A DNA stretch of 64,000 nucleotides, taken from Callorhinchus milii. Its lineage: Eukaryota. Below the pieces are notes generated by a model, which worked only from the letters and a program-made list of their open reading frames with translations, searched no databases and was not told the DNA's origin. The translations under genes and the position numbers were made by a program. Below are positions 37,563-51,669 of this stretch, piece by piece. The stretch lies in the NCBI RefSeq assembly GCF_018977255.1, contig NW_024704743.1:66466001-66530000 (forward strand), in the 5' to 3' direction. Every line of letters starts with the position of its first letter. The stretch's first letter is position 1.

Positions 37563-39383
37563 GAGAAGAAATAACAACCCAGTAGGAACCCCAGTGCCAA
37601 GTGTCCTGGATTAGATTGCCGTGCTTCCACGGTCACTGTGATGCTCTTCGAGCAACTGCAGTGGGTCGACGTTTGGGACTCATAGTCAATATCAACAAAT
37701 TCCATTTGAAATTATTACAACTTTTCTGATCATCTCAATTTACATTTTATAAATTCCTCACTGTTTTTTCCTTTCAACTGGAGTCAATAATAATACAGGG
37801 TGACCTGTTATAACACATTGATTGGACTCTAGACCCATAAACTCTAGACCTCACTCTAAAACTAAGCACCTTATAATGGCCACCTTCTGGATCATCAGGT
37901 CCGAGCCGACATCACTTGTTGTACATAGAAATTCAGCTCCAAAGCAACCCCGCATACCTCCTCCCCTCCCCAGAGTGTACTTCATGAATGCTCCCTTACT
38001 CCATGAGGAAAGAGTGATTCCTAGATACCTGGAAAGTTGGAGTTAGGCAGAAACTACAGTACCAGCAGGTTGGCTCGATCGCCACATCTGCAAAAATAAA
38101 TTAAATTTACAATCCTTGTACATAAACAACAGTCAGTTTTTCAAAATACATATGTATCAAGAATAATACCAAATCAGAGAGTGAAGAGGGCTTACAACCT
38201 CCCTTTTGTTATATAGCACAAGGCATTATAATCTGGAAATCAAGGGCAGAAGTTTCAATATTCACATCTACCTTGCTGCAATTCACAGCACTTTCAATCT
38301 TGAAAGAGGTTCCCTTTACCTTAACATGCTGGTTAGCCTAAAGTTCCAAGTTTACTCTGGTTGAAGCTAATCAGGTACTCGTGAGCTATACGTTGTCACG
38401 ACTGTTAGGTCAGACATAAGACATACATCATACATACCCTCACTAAGCCAAACAGAGTTTCTAAATAACAAACGACAAACAAGAGGATCCTGTTACAACT
38501 GGAAATGCAAGGAATGCAATTGCCATTCATTACTGCTTCTGAGCTTCTGCTCACACCTGTACATAAACATATTATGATAATTATCATACAACAACTATCG
38601 CTCAGACCAATCAATCCTCTACTTATTTGCTCAAAACATCATCCTTAAACCTGATATTGAAAGGGTTTTCTACCATAAGAAGGTTACACCTTCTTTATAA
38701 CATTTCCATTCCTTTAGTCCTGGTTTAGAATTATTTCTAATGTAGAAGCTTCAAAGCTTCAAAGCTGGCAAGGATGCATTCATCCCACAAGGTAAATACA
38801 CAACTAACAGATCTCTTCTTGGACAGTTTCCAAAATGGGTAAATTAAGGTCAGGGCCTGCCTGTAGTTAACAGACAGCACTCAAAGTAGGATTATCCATT
38901 ATAAAATGCATCGTCACATTCAGACCTTATTATGGTTATGGGCTCACTTTGAGATTGCCAAAGTAGGACCATTGCTGCTGAAAATACTAATTCATAAAGT
39001 CTCAGAAAAAACAAACTTAATTTTGAGTGTGATCATTAATTAGCATCAGATTCCAAAATTGGGTGTTAACACTAATTGGCTGCTGGTTTGACAGTAAGTC
39101 AAATGTGATTTTCACAAGAAAAGAAACTGCAGGTTTAGTGCAAACACGCTATGCTCTCATTACAGTTCTGAAAGAGGACTGGAAGAGCTCTAATTGTGTT
39201 ACTTGTACAGGCTATTGTTGCTATTAATTCATATTTGCCAAAGCAGCTGTCATCCTGTGGGAACAGCAAATAACCTTAATAAGCAGTTATGGGTTTGAAC
39301 TCTTGTAATTGTCTTCCTACCTTCCAAAATTATGATTAAAACTGGTGTGAGACAATATTCTCCTTTTAAGCTGAATTACTTAC

Positions 39384-39511
39384 GTGATTGTGTCAATCAT
39401 ATCTAATCCCATTTCAACACAGCAGTGAGCGTGGTCCGTTTTCGGTTGAGTGAGACCTGATACGCAATAATAGCAATCCCCAAGGATTTTAATCCTTCTG
39501 CAGTGGTTCTC
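39384..39511 (-). CDS. ADCY1: ADCY1 exon (exon 5 equivalent) with the second metal-binding Asp (ILGDCYY)
   Basis: ggcag|GAG AAC CAC...ATC AC|gtaagt. Translates [43 protein letters not shown]. 128 nt. Not in the ORF track. Confidence 0.97.
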
Positions 39512-39914
39512 CTGCCACAGGGGAAAAAATAAACACGTTAGTCATTGTTATATATTTCAAGCAATAATCATGTTATGGATATAAACATTTAAACATGAGG
39601 GTAAGAACACTAGAATCCATTAATGAAAGGAGATAAACCATCATTGGCATGACTGAAACTTTCCTGATGTCTAATTCTTTTCTGGACAGAAAACAGACCA
39701 TTTGGGGTATTTCTTCCAAGACATGCAAATTCTTCCAGCAATTGGGAATATGCCATTCCACCTGAAGGATTCCTTTGCAATGTGGTATACTTCTAGAACA
39801 AAGTTCTCAAGTTTAACAGGAATACCTTATTAAAGAAGTTAGGTGGGCCAAATGGCCTGTTTGAGTGCTGTCAATTTCTATGCACTAATAATAATCAAAG
39901 AAATTTATCAACCT

Positions 39915-40176
39915 ATGTAGTTTTAGCTTGGTTAAAATCCATCTTACCCAACAGTGTGGGTCCACAAACCTCAGTTCTTGCCAATCTGCACCTAGAGCAG
40001 AATTAGGTAAGCAGGGATCGTCCCTCCAGGGAAAGAGTACGCATTTCAGACTCAGGGAAATTTTCACACACATGTGGAATTGACATACACATGTGGAATT
40101 ATCAGTCTGGTTTGCATATTTTAAGTATGGTGATGGGTTGTCATAGGTGTCAAACAACTGGTTGACCAAAAAAAAA
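39915..40176 (+). mobile_element. Unclassified family, copy G
   Basis: Ends gtgtcaaacaactggttgacc plus A9. Confidence 0.75.
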
Positions 40177-41307
40177 TCACAAAACCCACATTTTTATTTA
40201 GAGAATAGTTCATTTGTTGTGAAATCAGTTCTATTGATCTGTGCTGAGCTCATGGGCTGGTCTTTTGAAGTCAAACTACAAGTGGCTGAGCAATCCCACT
40301 TTGCAGTTCTTACACTACTACAATCCTCTGTTTGAATCATTCATAAAGTTACAGAATCAATGAATCTACTCTTGGAAAATATGAAGATAAATATTTTAAT
40401 GATTCCTTCAACTGAGACTGAATTCAACAATTTGCCAAATTCTGCAAACTCTGAGATGCTACGGATGTAGAGTAAATCTAGATCTAATTTCTTGCCAATA
40501 GTTTCTGAAATGGACATAGGACTGTGTATAGCTCTGGTCACCACATTACAGGAGAGCTATTGTAGCATTAGAGAAACACTCTGTCGAGCATATATATAAA
40601 ATAAGCATAAATCTAAAATAGCTGGTAGATCTAATAGGGAATTTAGAAGGATCATCATCACAGAGGGTTTTAAAAATTGTGGAAATCACTGCTGAAAGCT
40701 GTGGTTGAAGCAAAATGCATTAATGTATTTGAGAGAAAACTGATGCAAAAATGAGGGAGAAGCAAATAAAGTGTGATGAAAAAATACCAGCACAGAGTAG
40801 TGGGCTAATGATCTGTTTCTGTGCCCTATCATTTTATGTAGCTCAATGTAAATCACCCTTCGGGGGATTAATGCTGTTGCAATTCAGTGAGGTCTAATCA
40901 CAGTCAAGGGGAGCTCTATTTCTGGAACAAGCTTCCCATGCTTGATCAAAGGGAATTCTGACAGGATTCCTTATTAATAAACACAACAAATTTTGTTCCA
41001 AACACTTTTTTTTGGGGTGGTGGGGGGTGGGGTGGTTCTAAGAGATATGTGGCAGCAATGTGGCAGCAGTCTGTGCGAGGGATCCTATGTACTAACTCAC
41101 TGACAACTGATGTCCTGCCCTGTCGAACTTTACAAAACGATGGTATTTCTGGGTAGTGCCAGCCTGAGCAGCGTTACCAAATAAGTAGTTATGCTAAGAA
41201 TGCAATTATTTATATTTTCTCAATTTCAGTAAATTGGTACAGAACAACAAGGTAATCACTTGCTGGGGTTCTGCTTATTAAATTTGTTAAACATTGCAGC
41301 CTTAGAA

Positions 41308-41570
41308 GGCCTCTGTTTACCTAGCAGTAAGTGGGAACCCAGTTGTTAATCAATTGGCAGATCGCTTTTCCTGGGATAATAATCCCTTAAAAAAAACTAA
41401 CAATAATAATTTGGTCACTCAACTGCTTGTGGAACACTGCTGTGCGCAATTGGCTGACGAGTTTTGCCCACAAAATATACAATCAATTCACTTGATAGTA
41501 TATTCTGTGAAGCACTTTGAGAAGTCTCGAAGACGTGATAAGGCACTATATAAAATACAAGTATTATTAT
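41308..41570 (+). mobile_element. SINE long subfamily, 5'-truncated
   Basis: Begins gcctctgtttacctagcagtaag and continues through the family 3' body. Confidence 0.85.
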
Positions 41571-44500
41571 ATATTTCAGATTTCAGATTGTTTTGAATGA
41601 ACACCAATCCAGCAAACAAAAATCATCAAAATCTATGACGTGGTACAAAACATCGCCGTTCCAAGCTGGTTTAATCAGTGTAGATGGCTCAGGCTAATCT
41701 ATTTATATGTCTATTTACAATCTGCTTTTGTTCCGTTCACGGGTTAAGATTCTTGAATTAAGTCTATTGCTAGGATTAGGGACCTGCAGCTAGCCATATC
41801 AGCATCTTTGATAATATTAGCTTGAAATGACCGCTCCTAGTGATACAAAGAATTTATAAGATTGGCCGCACCATATTGTAAGTGGTACATCAGGGTTCCT
41901 AGTAGTATTTGAGAGAACACAGCCTACTGAGCATCCCAGTCTCCTATGGGCCATCATCAGTGGCCATGCCTTCAGTCACTACAAACTAATCTGGAAATCC
42001 CTGCCTCAATCCATCCAACCTATCTCCTCAATTGCATCATCTTCCCCTCCCTCTTCTCCCTTGATCGACGTCCAACCCTGACATTGTGCATTGCTCTGAA
42101 AATCTATTCTGTGTGAATATAAATGTAAGTTGTTGTTATTGAATGCAATATAATTGTATACAGACCATGCCTGTGCAGAATATTAAAAATATTTGCATGC
42201 CACAAAACACCGCAGGTAGGTCACACTATGAGTTTATCTTTGCTCCATCTTCCCATACAATGTCAGTTCCGTCTCCCCGTACCTCAGTTGAAACAAATAA
42301 TTACGATAGAATTATTCAGATTAGGACTCCTTCACAAAATATCTCTAGAAGCAAATATACAATCATAGAAATGCATGGCACAGATGGAGGCCATTCAGTC
42401 CAGCGAGTCTGCACCAACCCTCAGAGCAAGATGCTCATTCTCATATCCTTCAAGCTTCTATGTATCCAATCATCTCATAGACTAAACTGTTTAACAAAAA
42501 ACTTTGCCCACAGATTTTACTGGTAACTTTCCTAATAATTTAGAATCCACTAATATTATTGCATACTATCAAGCAAAGTACATTTGGGTATTCTATTCAA
42601 GTCTTGCATTGCTCAAAAAAATCTAATGGTAGCAAATTTTCCTATTATTCCTTTTTCCTATTAGTTCACAAGCAAGATTTATATCCAGCTTCTTACAGAA
42701 ATGTTAAGAGATAGAATAGAAAGATACTGAAAGAAAGTTGTGCACTAGCTCATCACATCCAACCTATTTGCAAGTTCAATGTGGTGACTCAGACTTAAAG
42801 AAGATTAAATGCTGTTACTGTTGTTGCTCACATTTACTAGAGCCTCAGCACTGGTAAGATTTCAAAATTACTGGAAGATGATTCATTCTATCCCATCTCC
42901 CTGTAGAGAGTTTAATAAATATCAAAAAACTGTTACTAATAAAATTAGTCCCTTGAATATAGTGCTGCATATAAAAGAGCTGAATTATTCTCTTTAAAAG
43001 AAAACGATAAGGGTGATATGATCCAGGTCTTTAAGTGTTGAGATATGGATAATATAGATGTCACCTCGCTATTTGACTTAAAGCAGGATTAGAGGGCATA
43101 GATTCACAACTAAAATCCTCAAACAGGATTAAAGATTAGAAGATATTTTCCCCAAAGAAGAGTGGATCTCCAGAATAGACTCTTAACAAAAGCAATTAAT
43201 GCTGTGTTGATTAACTTCTTTGACAAAGAACTTGCTAAATTGATGCTTGAGGAATGGGGATGGATAGTTAGGTGCAGATTGGGTGAATACAAAACTCTGC
43301 AGACCATAATGAAATCTGTGCTTCTGGGGACAGTGGAAGAGAGAGGGGAATTTTTCTGAGGAGAGATGGCTCAGATTGTATACTGGAGATGAGGGATAGG
43401 TAAATATTCTGAAGCTTTTACTTAACTATCTTTACAGTACTTACACCTACATAATATTTTCTCCATCGTAGAAAAGAGTGGATGAGGTGAAGTCCACAAT
43501 GAGGTTAAGAATGCATTAGAAAGTCTGTGGGCAACATCATTTTCCCAAAGTCGGGAGTGGGGAAGGAGGAGGGGCTGTTGGATCCCAAACCTAAGATTAA
43601 GGACACATTTTAGGAAAATGTTTTGACCACATTTTCTGTCTCTATGTTAACTAACACATCACAAGTCACACTTCTGTCCTGTGATTGTACACTTGATTTG
43701 ATCCTCATCCAATGTCAACATACAATCAATTTCAAAAGGAAGTCTCAAGACACTGAACAGGAGATGAGAACTGCCTCTAGGTTATTTTTGCCTAGCACTT
43801 TAAATCTAAGGACCTCTTTACCTTCCTCTTTTACAAGCTTTAAACCCCAAACATGACATTACCTAACTAACACTTCTTCATTTATCTCATCTTCTCTCCT
43901 ATTTGTTTTCAACCTCACTGGTGATCTGAATGTTGATCTTGGACATCACCTACATTTCTGGCGAGACAAAATAGCAACACCCACTAGTTTTTCTCATTTC
44001 ACATCCCAGAAACACAAAAGTGCGTCAGCCAGTGTTTTGTCTCGCTCAATCTTCTATAGCTTGTTTGACATGAATTAAAAAATATCAATTGCCCCAGTGC
44101 TAAATGTGGTTAACTCATTCTTTCTTGACTAGTATTCTTGCCTTTACCCTTAGTTTGAGAAAATATACCGCTGCATCACCATAGATGCAAGTACAAACTC
44201 TCAGCTTTCAATGATCTGCACTGACAACTATAAATTTAACAACACAAAATACATTTAAATAGCATCTTTCACTTTAGAAAAGATTAAGTTCCCCTTAATC
44301 TTCAAGCTCCTCTTTTCTTTTACTTCACAACACGTTATTTTTCCCATTTTCTCATACATCCACAACCCTTGCCTGATTCCTTTCTGTTCCTTAAAATTAA
44401 GATTCCTCAAAAGGGTATGTTATAAAAAGTTAGAATTCCAAACTTCTATGCAATGTTAAAAAATAAAGCATTCACCCATTTATGCGAGGAAGCTCATCTA

Positions 44501-45799
44501 CGATTGATGGGATTATTACTATATGTCATTTCAAGCCTAAAATATATCAAACCATTAATATGTTTGCCCTCACATTGTAAAGCTATTAACGAACTGTGTC
44601 ATGCTATTAGAGACCTCTGTTGCCCTCAGTCAGCCCATAATTTAAGCTCTTCCATAAATCCTTGGACAGATCAGTAGCACATATCATTACTGGCTTATTG
44701 TGTGTGTGTGTGTGTGGTTAGTTAATGTCAATTTAGCTCATTCACCAAGAAATTAGCCCATGGCAGAGAAATTATTTTCATGCAACCAATTCAGCTGCTC
44801 ACTTCCATCAATGAATATCTCTCTAATTGGTTACATTGAACAAAATTTAACTGATTGACTAAAGTGAGATGAATTACCGCCAATGTGTTTTTCATCAAAT
44901 CCATTAAGTATTTTTTTAGACCACTTTATAAATATAATCCTTTCATCACGTCATCCAGATGTTTCAAAGCACATCACATGATTTTACTGTGAAATGCAGC
45001 GACCTATGTATTTGCAGGCAATTCTGGCAGCCGAATTGTACACACCAATTGTATCAATATCCCACAAACAGCCATGAAGTAAATGATCAATTTATCTGGG
45101 GGTTTGTTGCCCAGGTCACCGGAAGAAACTCCCTTCTATTTTTGAATACTGCCATGGGATCTTTAGAATTCTTTAGAATAAAATAAATATGATGAAAACT
45201 ACAATGTGTGATGTGTTCATTCACAGCTACAATGCTAATTAATACATGTTAAAAATGAGTGATAATAAATTCACACAATGAATTGTCTATGAGCGAGCTG
45301 AAATCAGCCATCCTCCTCAACCTCAACATCCCTTTTTAATAGTTGCACCCAGAAAATGACCACATATCTGGGATTTCCAGATTGCGGAACACAGCTTGTC
45401 AATTGGAAGGATATCAATTTGAGTTGGTTTCTTTTTGCTTAGTTAATTTCAAAAGGCTATTCAACCATCAAATGCTATTGGGGAACTCTGTCCCTTTTAA
45501 GCAGTGTTTCAAATGCAGAGTTAAGCACTTACAAAACAACAACTTGGATTTATATAGTGCAGGGAAGCATCCCAGAGTGCTCCCAGCATTACTGGGAAAT
45601 GCACAAGGTTGTGGGAAATCTACAAAGTGCCTACTAACACCCCCAAGACATTTCTGACATGACAAATAGTGATTTGTCCTAAATACAGTTGTTCACGGAT
45701 TCACCTTTTTGTCATGAAACCCAATAATCAAAACAGGATCCCACTGATAAATGAATTGAAGGCTGATCTTCAATCTGAGGATTCTGCTGATGCACATCA

Positions 45800-46052
45800 A
45801 TTACTTATTGTTGGAGGTGTTGTCCTTCAGATGAGACATTAAACTGAGGTCCCATCTGCCCATTTAAGTGGACAATAAATATCCCATGGCATTCATTTCA
45901 TGGCTAATGGGGAACATTGCTGTGGGCAAATTGCCTTCTGCATTTGTCCAAAATACACAGTCACTCTACTTCACAGTAAATCCTGTGAGGCTCTTTGGTA
46001 CTTCCTCCTGACTTGAAAGGCATTATACCAAATGAAAGGATTGTTATTATTC
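45800..46052 (+). mobile_element. Older Deu-type SINE relic
   Basis: ggaggtgttgtccttcagatgagacattaaactgaggtcccatctg core and TTA tail. Confidence 0.7.
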
Positions 46053-46194
46053 AAGTGTATTGTCCTATGCTTAATATACAAACAATACAAAAAGTGAATA
46101 TTGGTATAAAAAAGTTCCGAACAAAAATTTACTGTAAAACTTGCCAACTAAACTGGAAGTGCTACATGTCTGAGGCAACACATTATTGAGACTT

Positions 46195-46456
46195 ATAATA
46201 ATAATCCTTGCAATTGATATAGCACTTTTCACATCTTCTCGACATCTCCAAGCGCTTCGCAGAATAGACTGTAAAGTGAATTGACCGTACATTTGTGGGC
46301 GAAACGTGGCAGCCAATTGCACACTGCGGTGTCCCATAAACAGTTGTGGATTGAAAATGACCAATTTTTTATTATTGTTTTGTTTTGGAGGGATGTGGAG
46401 GGATCAGGCGTGTGGAGTAAGGAAACTTGCCCAAGGTTTCGCCCTGCCTGGAATTC
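46195..46456 (-). mobile_element. Young SINE, 5'-truncated
   Basis: Family body and tail in reverse. Confidence 0.88.
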
Positions 46457-46609
46457 ACTTCAATGAAGATACAACCAATTGCCTGTAAACGCCACAATTA
46501 CAGATTGCACAAACACTGCAATAATAAGAATGCACATTTACAGGAAAACAAGCACATCTTCCTTTTCTTTGGGAGGGTGGGTGGGGGGGGGGTAGGTGGA
46601 GGAAGGTGC

Positions 46610-47190
46610 AGGTGGTGAGATAACCAGGGTGTCCTTGGAGCTGAGCGGGCTCCAAGATGGTGTTCTTCACAATGAAATGTTGAAGTTGAATCAACCCTCC
46701 GTAGTAGTCCCAGTAATCCAGTTGTTCAGCTAAATGACTCCACAGTGCTCTAGTGGAGCACTGATTGTAGAGCAGAGAGTCTGGATCATGGGTGTGACTT
46801 GGAAGGGCAGATCAGTCACTGAGAGGGATTCTTCCCCTTCAGCTGTTAACCCTGCAAGTCAAAGCCCTAACGGGTAGAGTGGTTCGAACTGGACAGGAGA
46901 GCAGAAAGTGCTCTCAATGGAAGCCTATGCGGTTTTTGCAAGACGAATTCCAACAGTAAACCAGTGTACACTATGGGAACCCCAAGCTTTGGCTTTAACC
47001 AATCTGCGCTTAATACCCCATGGAATTTGGGAAGTAGGGTATGGTCCTCCGATAGAGAGAGTGTGCATTCCATTCCAGACACAGAGAAATTTCCATTTGT
47101 AAGTGGCCTGCATATATAAAACTCTTAATCGGTTTGGATACTCTTAAGTATGGTGATGGGTTTCCAAGTGTGTCAAATACCTGAGTGACC
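46610..47190 (+). mobile_element. Unclassified family, longest copy H
   Basis: Contains all segments seen in the other eight copies. The 5' boundary is uncertain. Confidence 0.7.
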
Positions 47191-47624
47191 ATTCCCCTCT
47201 TTATAAATTTCATTAATAATATAGATAGTTTTGCTGAACTTCAGGCACTAATGCAGTCTCAGTGTTCTGTTGATAAAATAGTGATAACTACAGTTTCCAG
47301 CATGGATACTTTTTATAACATTTGGCCAGTGTATAATTTTAAATCACAGGGTTAAAGCCATTTATGCTTCCTAAGTTTCATTGATGAACAACATAGGCCA
47401 TCATTAACAGCTCTTCTTTAATTCAAGCCAATTGAACCCACTAGCATTATATAGGGAACACCTACAATTGCTGAATTCATTTAATGACTTTGAAAGAGGC
47501 TAAATGGTTGAAGAGATGGATGAACCCATTGGCATTTGAACTATCTGATCCCATATTCAGTGATTAATCAAATACGCTAACGAGGAGAGATCTGAGAATA
47601 AACAAATTCCCTTAAACTTTCTCT

Positions 47625-49000
47625 AAGGCATCTTTCGTGTCAGGAGGACGTCCCAAGGCGCTGGACAGTCAGAGTTTCGGACCCGAGCTGCAGGTCAGGA
47701 TTGGGGAGAGTGGAGAGCAGGGGGGAAGCAGGGTGATTGAAAGCACAGTTGAAGAGGAGGGTCTTGAGATGGGGCTTGAAGGAGGCAAGGGAGGGGGTGA
47801 GGTGGAGGGACTGTAGGATGGAATTTCAGAAGATGGGGGCCAAGTGGCAGAAGGCTCGCCCGCCGATGGTGGGGCGGGTGAGGCGGGGGATGTGAAGCAG
47901 CAAGGTAGGGGGTTAGGAGATCACAGAGGTAGGGGGAGCAAGACAATGGAGGGCTTTGAAGGTGAGGACCAGGATCTTGAACTATATCCTCTGTGTGATG
48001 GGAAGCCAGTGGAGTTGGGCGAGGATGGGGGTGATAGGATCACAGAGTCCGGTGCGGGAGAGGACACAGACTACAGAGTTCTGGATGATCTGCAGCCTAT
48101 GGAGGGCGGAGTTGGGGAGGCCGACAAGCAAGGAGTTTGCATAATCAAGCCTGGATGTTATGAACGCACATATGAGGGTTCCGGCAGCCTGTGTTGGGAA
48201 ACAATGGTGGAGCTGGGTGATGTTACGGAGATGGGGGATGGCATAGCGGTCATGGCATGGACGTGGGATAGAAAGGATAGTTGAGGGTCAAACAAGATGC
48301 CAAGGTTCTGAACTGGCTTAGTATGGTGAAGTGTGCAACCATGGATGGTAATGCTGTCAGCTCCTGAGATATGGAGGCACTGATGGGAGCCAATCAGGAG
48401 AGCCTCGGTCTTGTTGCCGTTCAACTGAAGAAAGTTAGCTCTCATCCAAGACTTGATTTCTGACAGACATTCAGTCAGGACAGCAGTGGTCCTGGAGTCA
48501 AGGGTGGAGGCAGAGAGGTAAAGTTGCATGTCATCCACATTCATGTGGAAGTTGACCACCAAGAGGCAGCATATAGATATTGAAGAGGAGGCGACCAAGG
48601 ACAGATCCCTGAGGAATGCCGCACGAGATAATGCGGGAGAGGAGAAACTGTTTGTGTGGATGAAGTGGAGGCGGTGTGAGAGATACAATCTGAACCAGTC
48701 AAGGATAGAGCCATGAAGGTTGAGGTGAGAGGAGAGGCAGTGGATGAGGATTGAGTGGTCAATGGTGTCGAAGGCAGCAGAGAGTTCAAGGAGGATGAGG
48801 AGGCAGAGGGAACCCTGGTCACAGATGGACAAAATGTCATTTGTTACTTTGATCAGGGCGGTTTCTGTGCCGTGGGCGGAACGGAAACCCGATTGGAGGA
48901 GTTCGTGAAGGGAGTGGTGGGAGAGGAAGGACCTTGAAGAGGAAAGGGAGGTTGGAGATGGGGCGGTAATTTGGGAGTAGAGATGGATCCAGGGAGGTTT
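47625..49000 (-). mobile_element. L2 LINE fragment with degenerate reverse transcriptase
   Basis: LILLELSAAFDTIDH, MNVDDMQLY (degenerate YADD), WMRANFLQLNGNKTE, NLGILFD, and the L2 tail at 47625-47670. Confidence 0.93.
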
Positions 49001-49019
49001 AATACTCTTGCCATATGAA

Positions 49020-49210
49020 ATGTTATACTTCCAGTTTAAGGGAATATTAAATAGTTACATGAGGGAGAAAGGAATAGAAGGTTATGCTTGAAGGCTTGAG
49101 GAAGGGCAAGAGGAGGCTCATGTGAAGCATAAACACCAGCATAGACCAGTTGGGCCGAATGGCCTGTTTCTGTGCTCTATATTCTAATGTATTCTAATGA
49201 ATTCTAATTC
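49020..49210 (+). mobile_element. CR1-type 3' end
   Basis: gaccagttgggccgaatggcctgtttctgtgct followed by (attctaatg)n. Confidence 0.8.
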
Positions 49211-51340
49211 CTAGGTCAGGAGCATTAACACAGATCCACCCCCACTTCCCATCCCCATCCCCACTCCCCTCCCCCTCATGTTCAGGCTCAAATTTGCAAC
49301 TTGTCAGCTTAGTCCATTTTCTGGACAAGGGCAAAAAGGCAAAATAGTAACCATATACAAATCAAAATAATTAACTCTCGAGATAAGAAGGTTCATATAA
49401 CATTCAAGCTTAGCAAATATTCAAATCTTGAGCTTTGCTTCTATAATTCTAGACATATTATGATCTCTTGAAATGACTCACTTGGGATTATTATTTACAT
49501 TGAATTGTATTTCATGCCATAATTACAAAGAATTTAGGCACAATTTTCCAGAGGATACTGATTAGTTTCTGTGCTAGAACTAGCTATAAAAGCATAAAAT
49601 AAAACTGAAACAACAATTCTACAAGTAAATATAAATTTCAAGATTACTTTGCATTTCAGCTTAATAATGAAACATTGTAGTTTTGTAATTGAAAAAAAAA
49701 TCAAGATTCGGAATTCTGAACTGAACTGGGCTATAAATGGTAACATAATCAAGATAATCCGACTGTTGAATATTTGAGGAATTTTAAATCCAATTGAATC
49801 TATTACAAAATCAAGTAACTCACGTGAACCCAACAGTGTTGCTATATAACAAAGAGCGACCTTGATTGAATAAGAGAAGTGCTTCTGAAGTGTCCAATAT
49901 CATCCTATCTGGTGTAGTCACTCAGAGCCCATGAGGACTTGTAACTTTTCAGGGTATCTACTCTAGCTGCCACTCTAGTTCTCTTCAAATCCTAATATTT
50001 CAAACTGACTTGAAAACAACCTCTTCTGCATTATTATTATTGTTATGGGTGTCCAATACTTTCCAGAATATTACAGTAAAATATATTGCAGTGCACATTG
50101 CAGCATGAATTTGTGGTATCCTGAGGAAGAACACAGCTTTAATTCCCCACTCAGCTCAATTATTGATCTGAGCTGCGCTGGGAGAGGGAGATGCATCAGG
50201 AGCCACACTATCTCACTGCAGGAGATTGGCAAACTGGTGCAAAGGATTGGAAGAGCTGATATCTCCCAGAATGAAGGATAACATCTAAAAAGTACATTCC
50301 AAAAAACCTGGAGGTGTGAGTCCTTTATCTGAGGGTAAAGCCTAAGGAGGGTCCTTTTTATGCCTTAAAAAGAACAATCTAAAAGGCAACAATTTCAAAC
50401 AGAACTCCTGAATTACAAAATCTATGTGTAGACTCTTAGTACATCAGGAAATTCACTCCAACTCACAGGAACTCCACTTCAAAAGTAGTTCACATTGGAA
50501 AGAGTTCTCACAAGTCAGTGCAAAGTGCTTCCAGATTCTTTATTCAAAGATTAACATTTGAAATCGCCATATTTTGGTTCCCAATAAAAGGAAGATATTT
50601 GTAGGAATTGAAAAAGTTAAATATGGATTGAAGTACGATAAGATAATAATGAATTATGTTTTATGCCTGAGGAATTTGACCATTTTTACTGAAAAATATT
50701 ATAATTTTCTTTTGCTGGCAACAAATTTCAAAAAATTTGCCTTTCAAAAAGGGCGGTAATTTTTTTTTGTATCTGATTGGTATGATCAACAAGAACAGTG
50801 GGATAACAAAAATATAATGGGCTTCTACAATTCCATAATTCTATTCAAGTTGTAAATGTACAGCAAATATATCATAAAAGATAGTCACCAGCAAATCTGA
50901 AAGAGAGTTTAAGAGGAATGGCTTTAAGGAGAAGCAATAGGCGAGTTGTGAGCTCACGTGGAGTATTAATTCTATATTTAGAATCATAAAGAATTTAACA
51001 AAGAATTTAATGTTCTTTGTAAGACTTGTTTCACTACAAGTCTCATATTGCCAGTTCATGTTTAAGTCAATAACATACTGTGGTGAGCATTCCTCTGATG
51101 GTCATTACTTGTTGGTCTTTTTCTATATTCAGGAGATGGTCTCATAGGCTTCAATATCATTTTACAAAATTAATCCAAGCAGATAAACACTCAAAATTAC
51201 ATAGAATTGCAAGCGGCAGGGAACCCAACTGGCCAGTGTTCTAATCTTATCAGTAATCACGGATAAATCAAAACGAGTGAAAGCTAAATAAGTACAAAAG
51301 GAACATTAATGAGAATGCTGCTTAAAAAAGGTCCACTTAC

Positions 51341-51452
51341 CGTAGCTAGCTCATCAAACTTGCCAAAAAGCTCATTTAATAGTTTGACCAGTTCCTGTGC
51401 GGTGCACTGGGATGCCAAGCTTGTGAAGCCAACTATATCTGCAAACAGAATG
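51341..51452 (-). CDS. ADCY1: ADCY1 exon (exon 4 equivalent) with the first metal-binding Asp
   Basis: ttccccag|C ATT CTG...GCT ACG|gtaagt. Translates [37 protein letters not shown]. 112 nt. Confidence 0.97.
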
Positions 51453-51669
51453 CTGGGGAAAGAAAAGGAACCAAATGTCAGCACAGTGTTATTGTATTCG
51501 GGTCTCCGAATAATTGCAAGCGAAATAGTAAAGATTCTACCAAGCAACATGACTATTTGAAACATAAGGGATCAAAATTGTGATACTCCAAAAATGCATT
51601 CCATCCCTTATTTGAGAAACTGTGTTAAAATATGTTTTGAAATAAGGCCCATACTTCTGAATAATAGTA

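Noticed and set aside
37958..38087. Possible poison exon on the minus strand (ttatttttgcag acceptor, GAG|gtatgc donor)
   Set aside because: Only splice-like motifs support it. It needs RNA-seq or conservation evidence.
46690..46740. HDV-like ribozyme in the unclassified repeat (accctccgtagt...gctaa)
   Set aside because: L3 spacing is off and I could not build P1 or P2 pairings.
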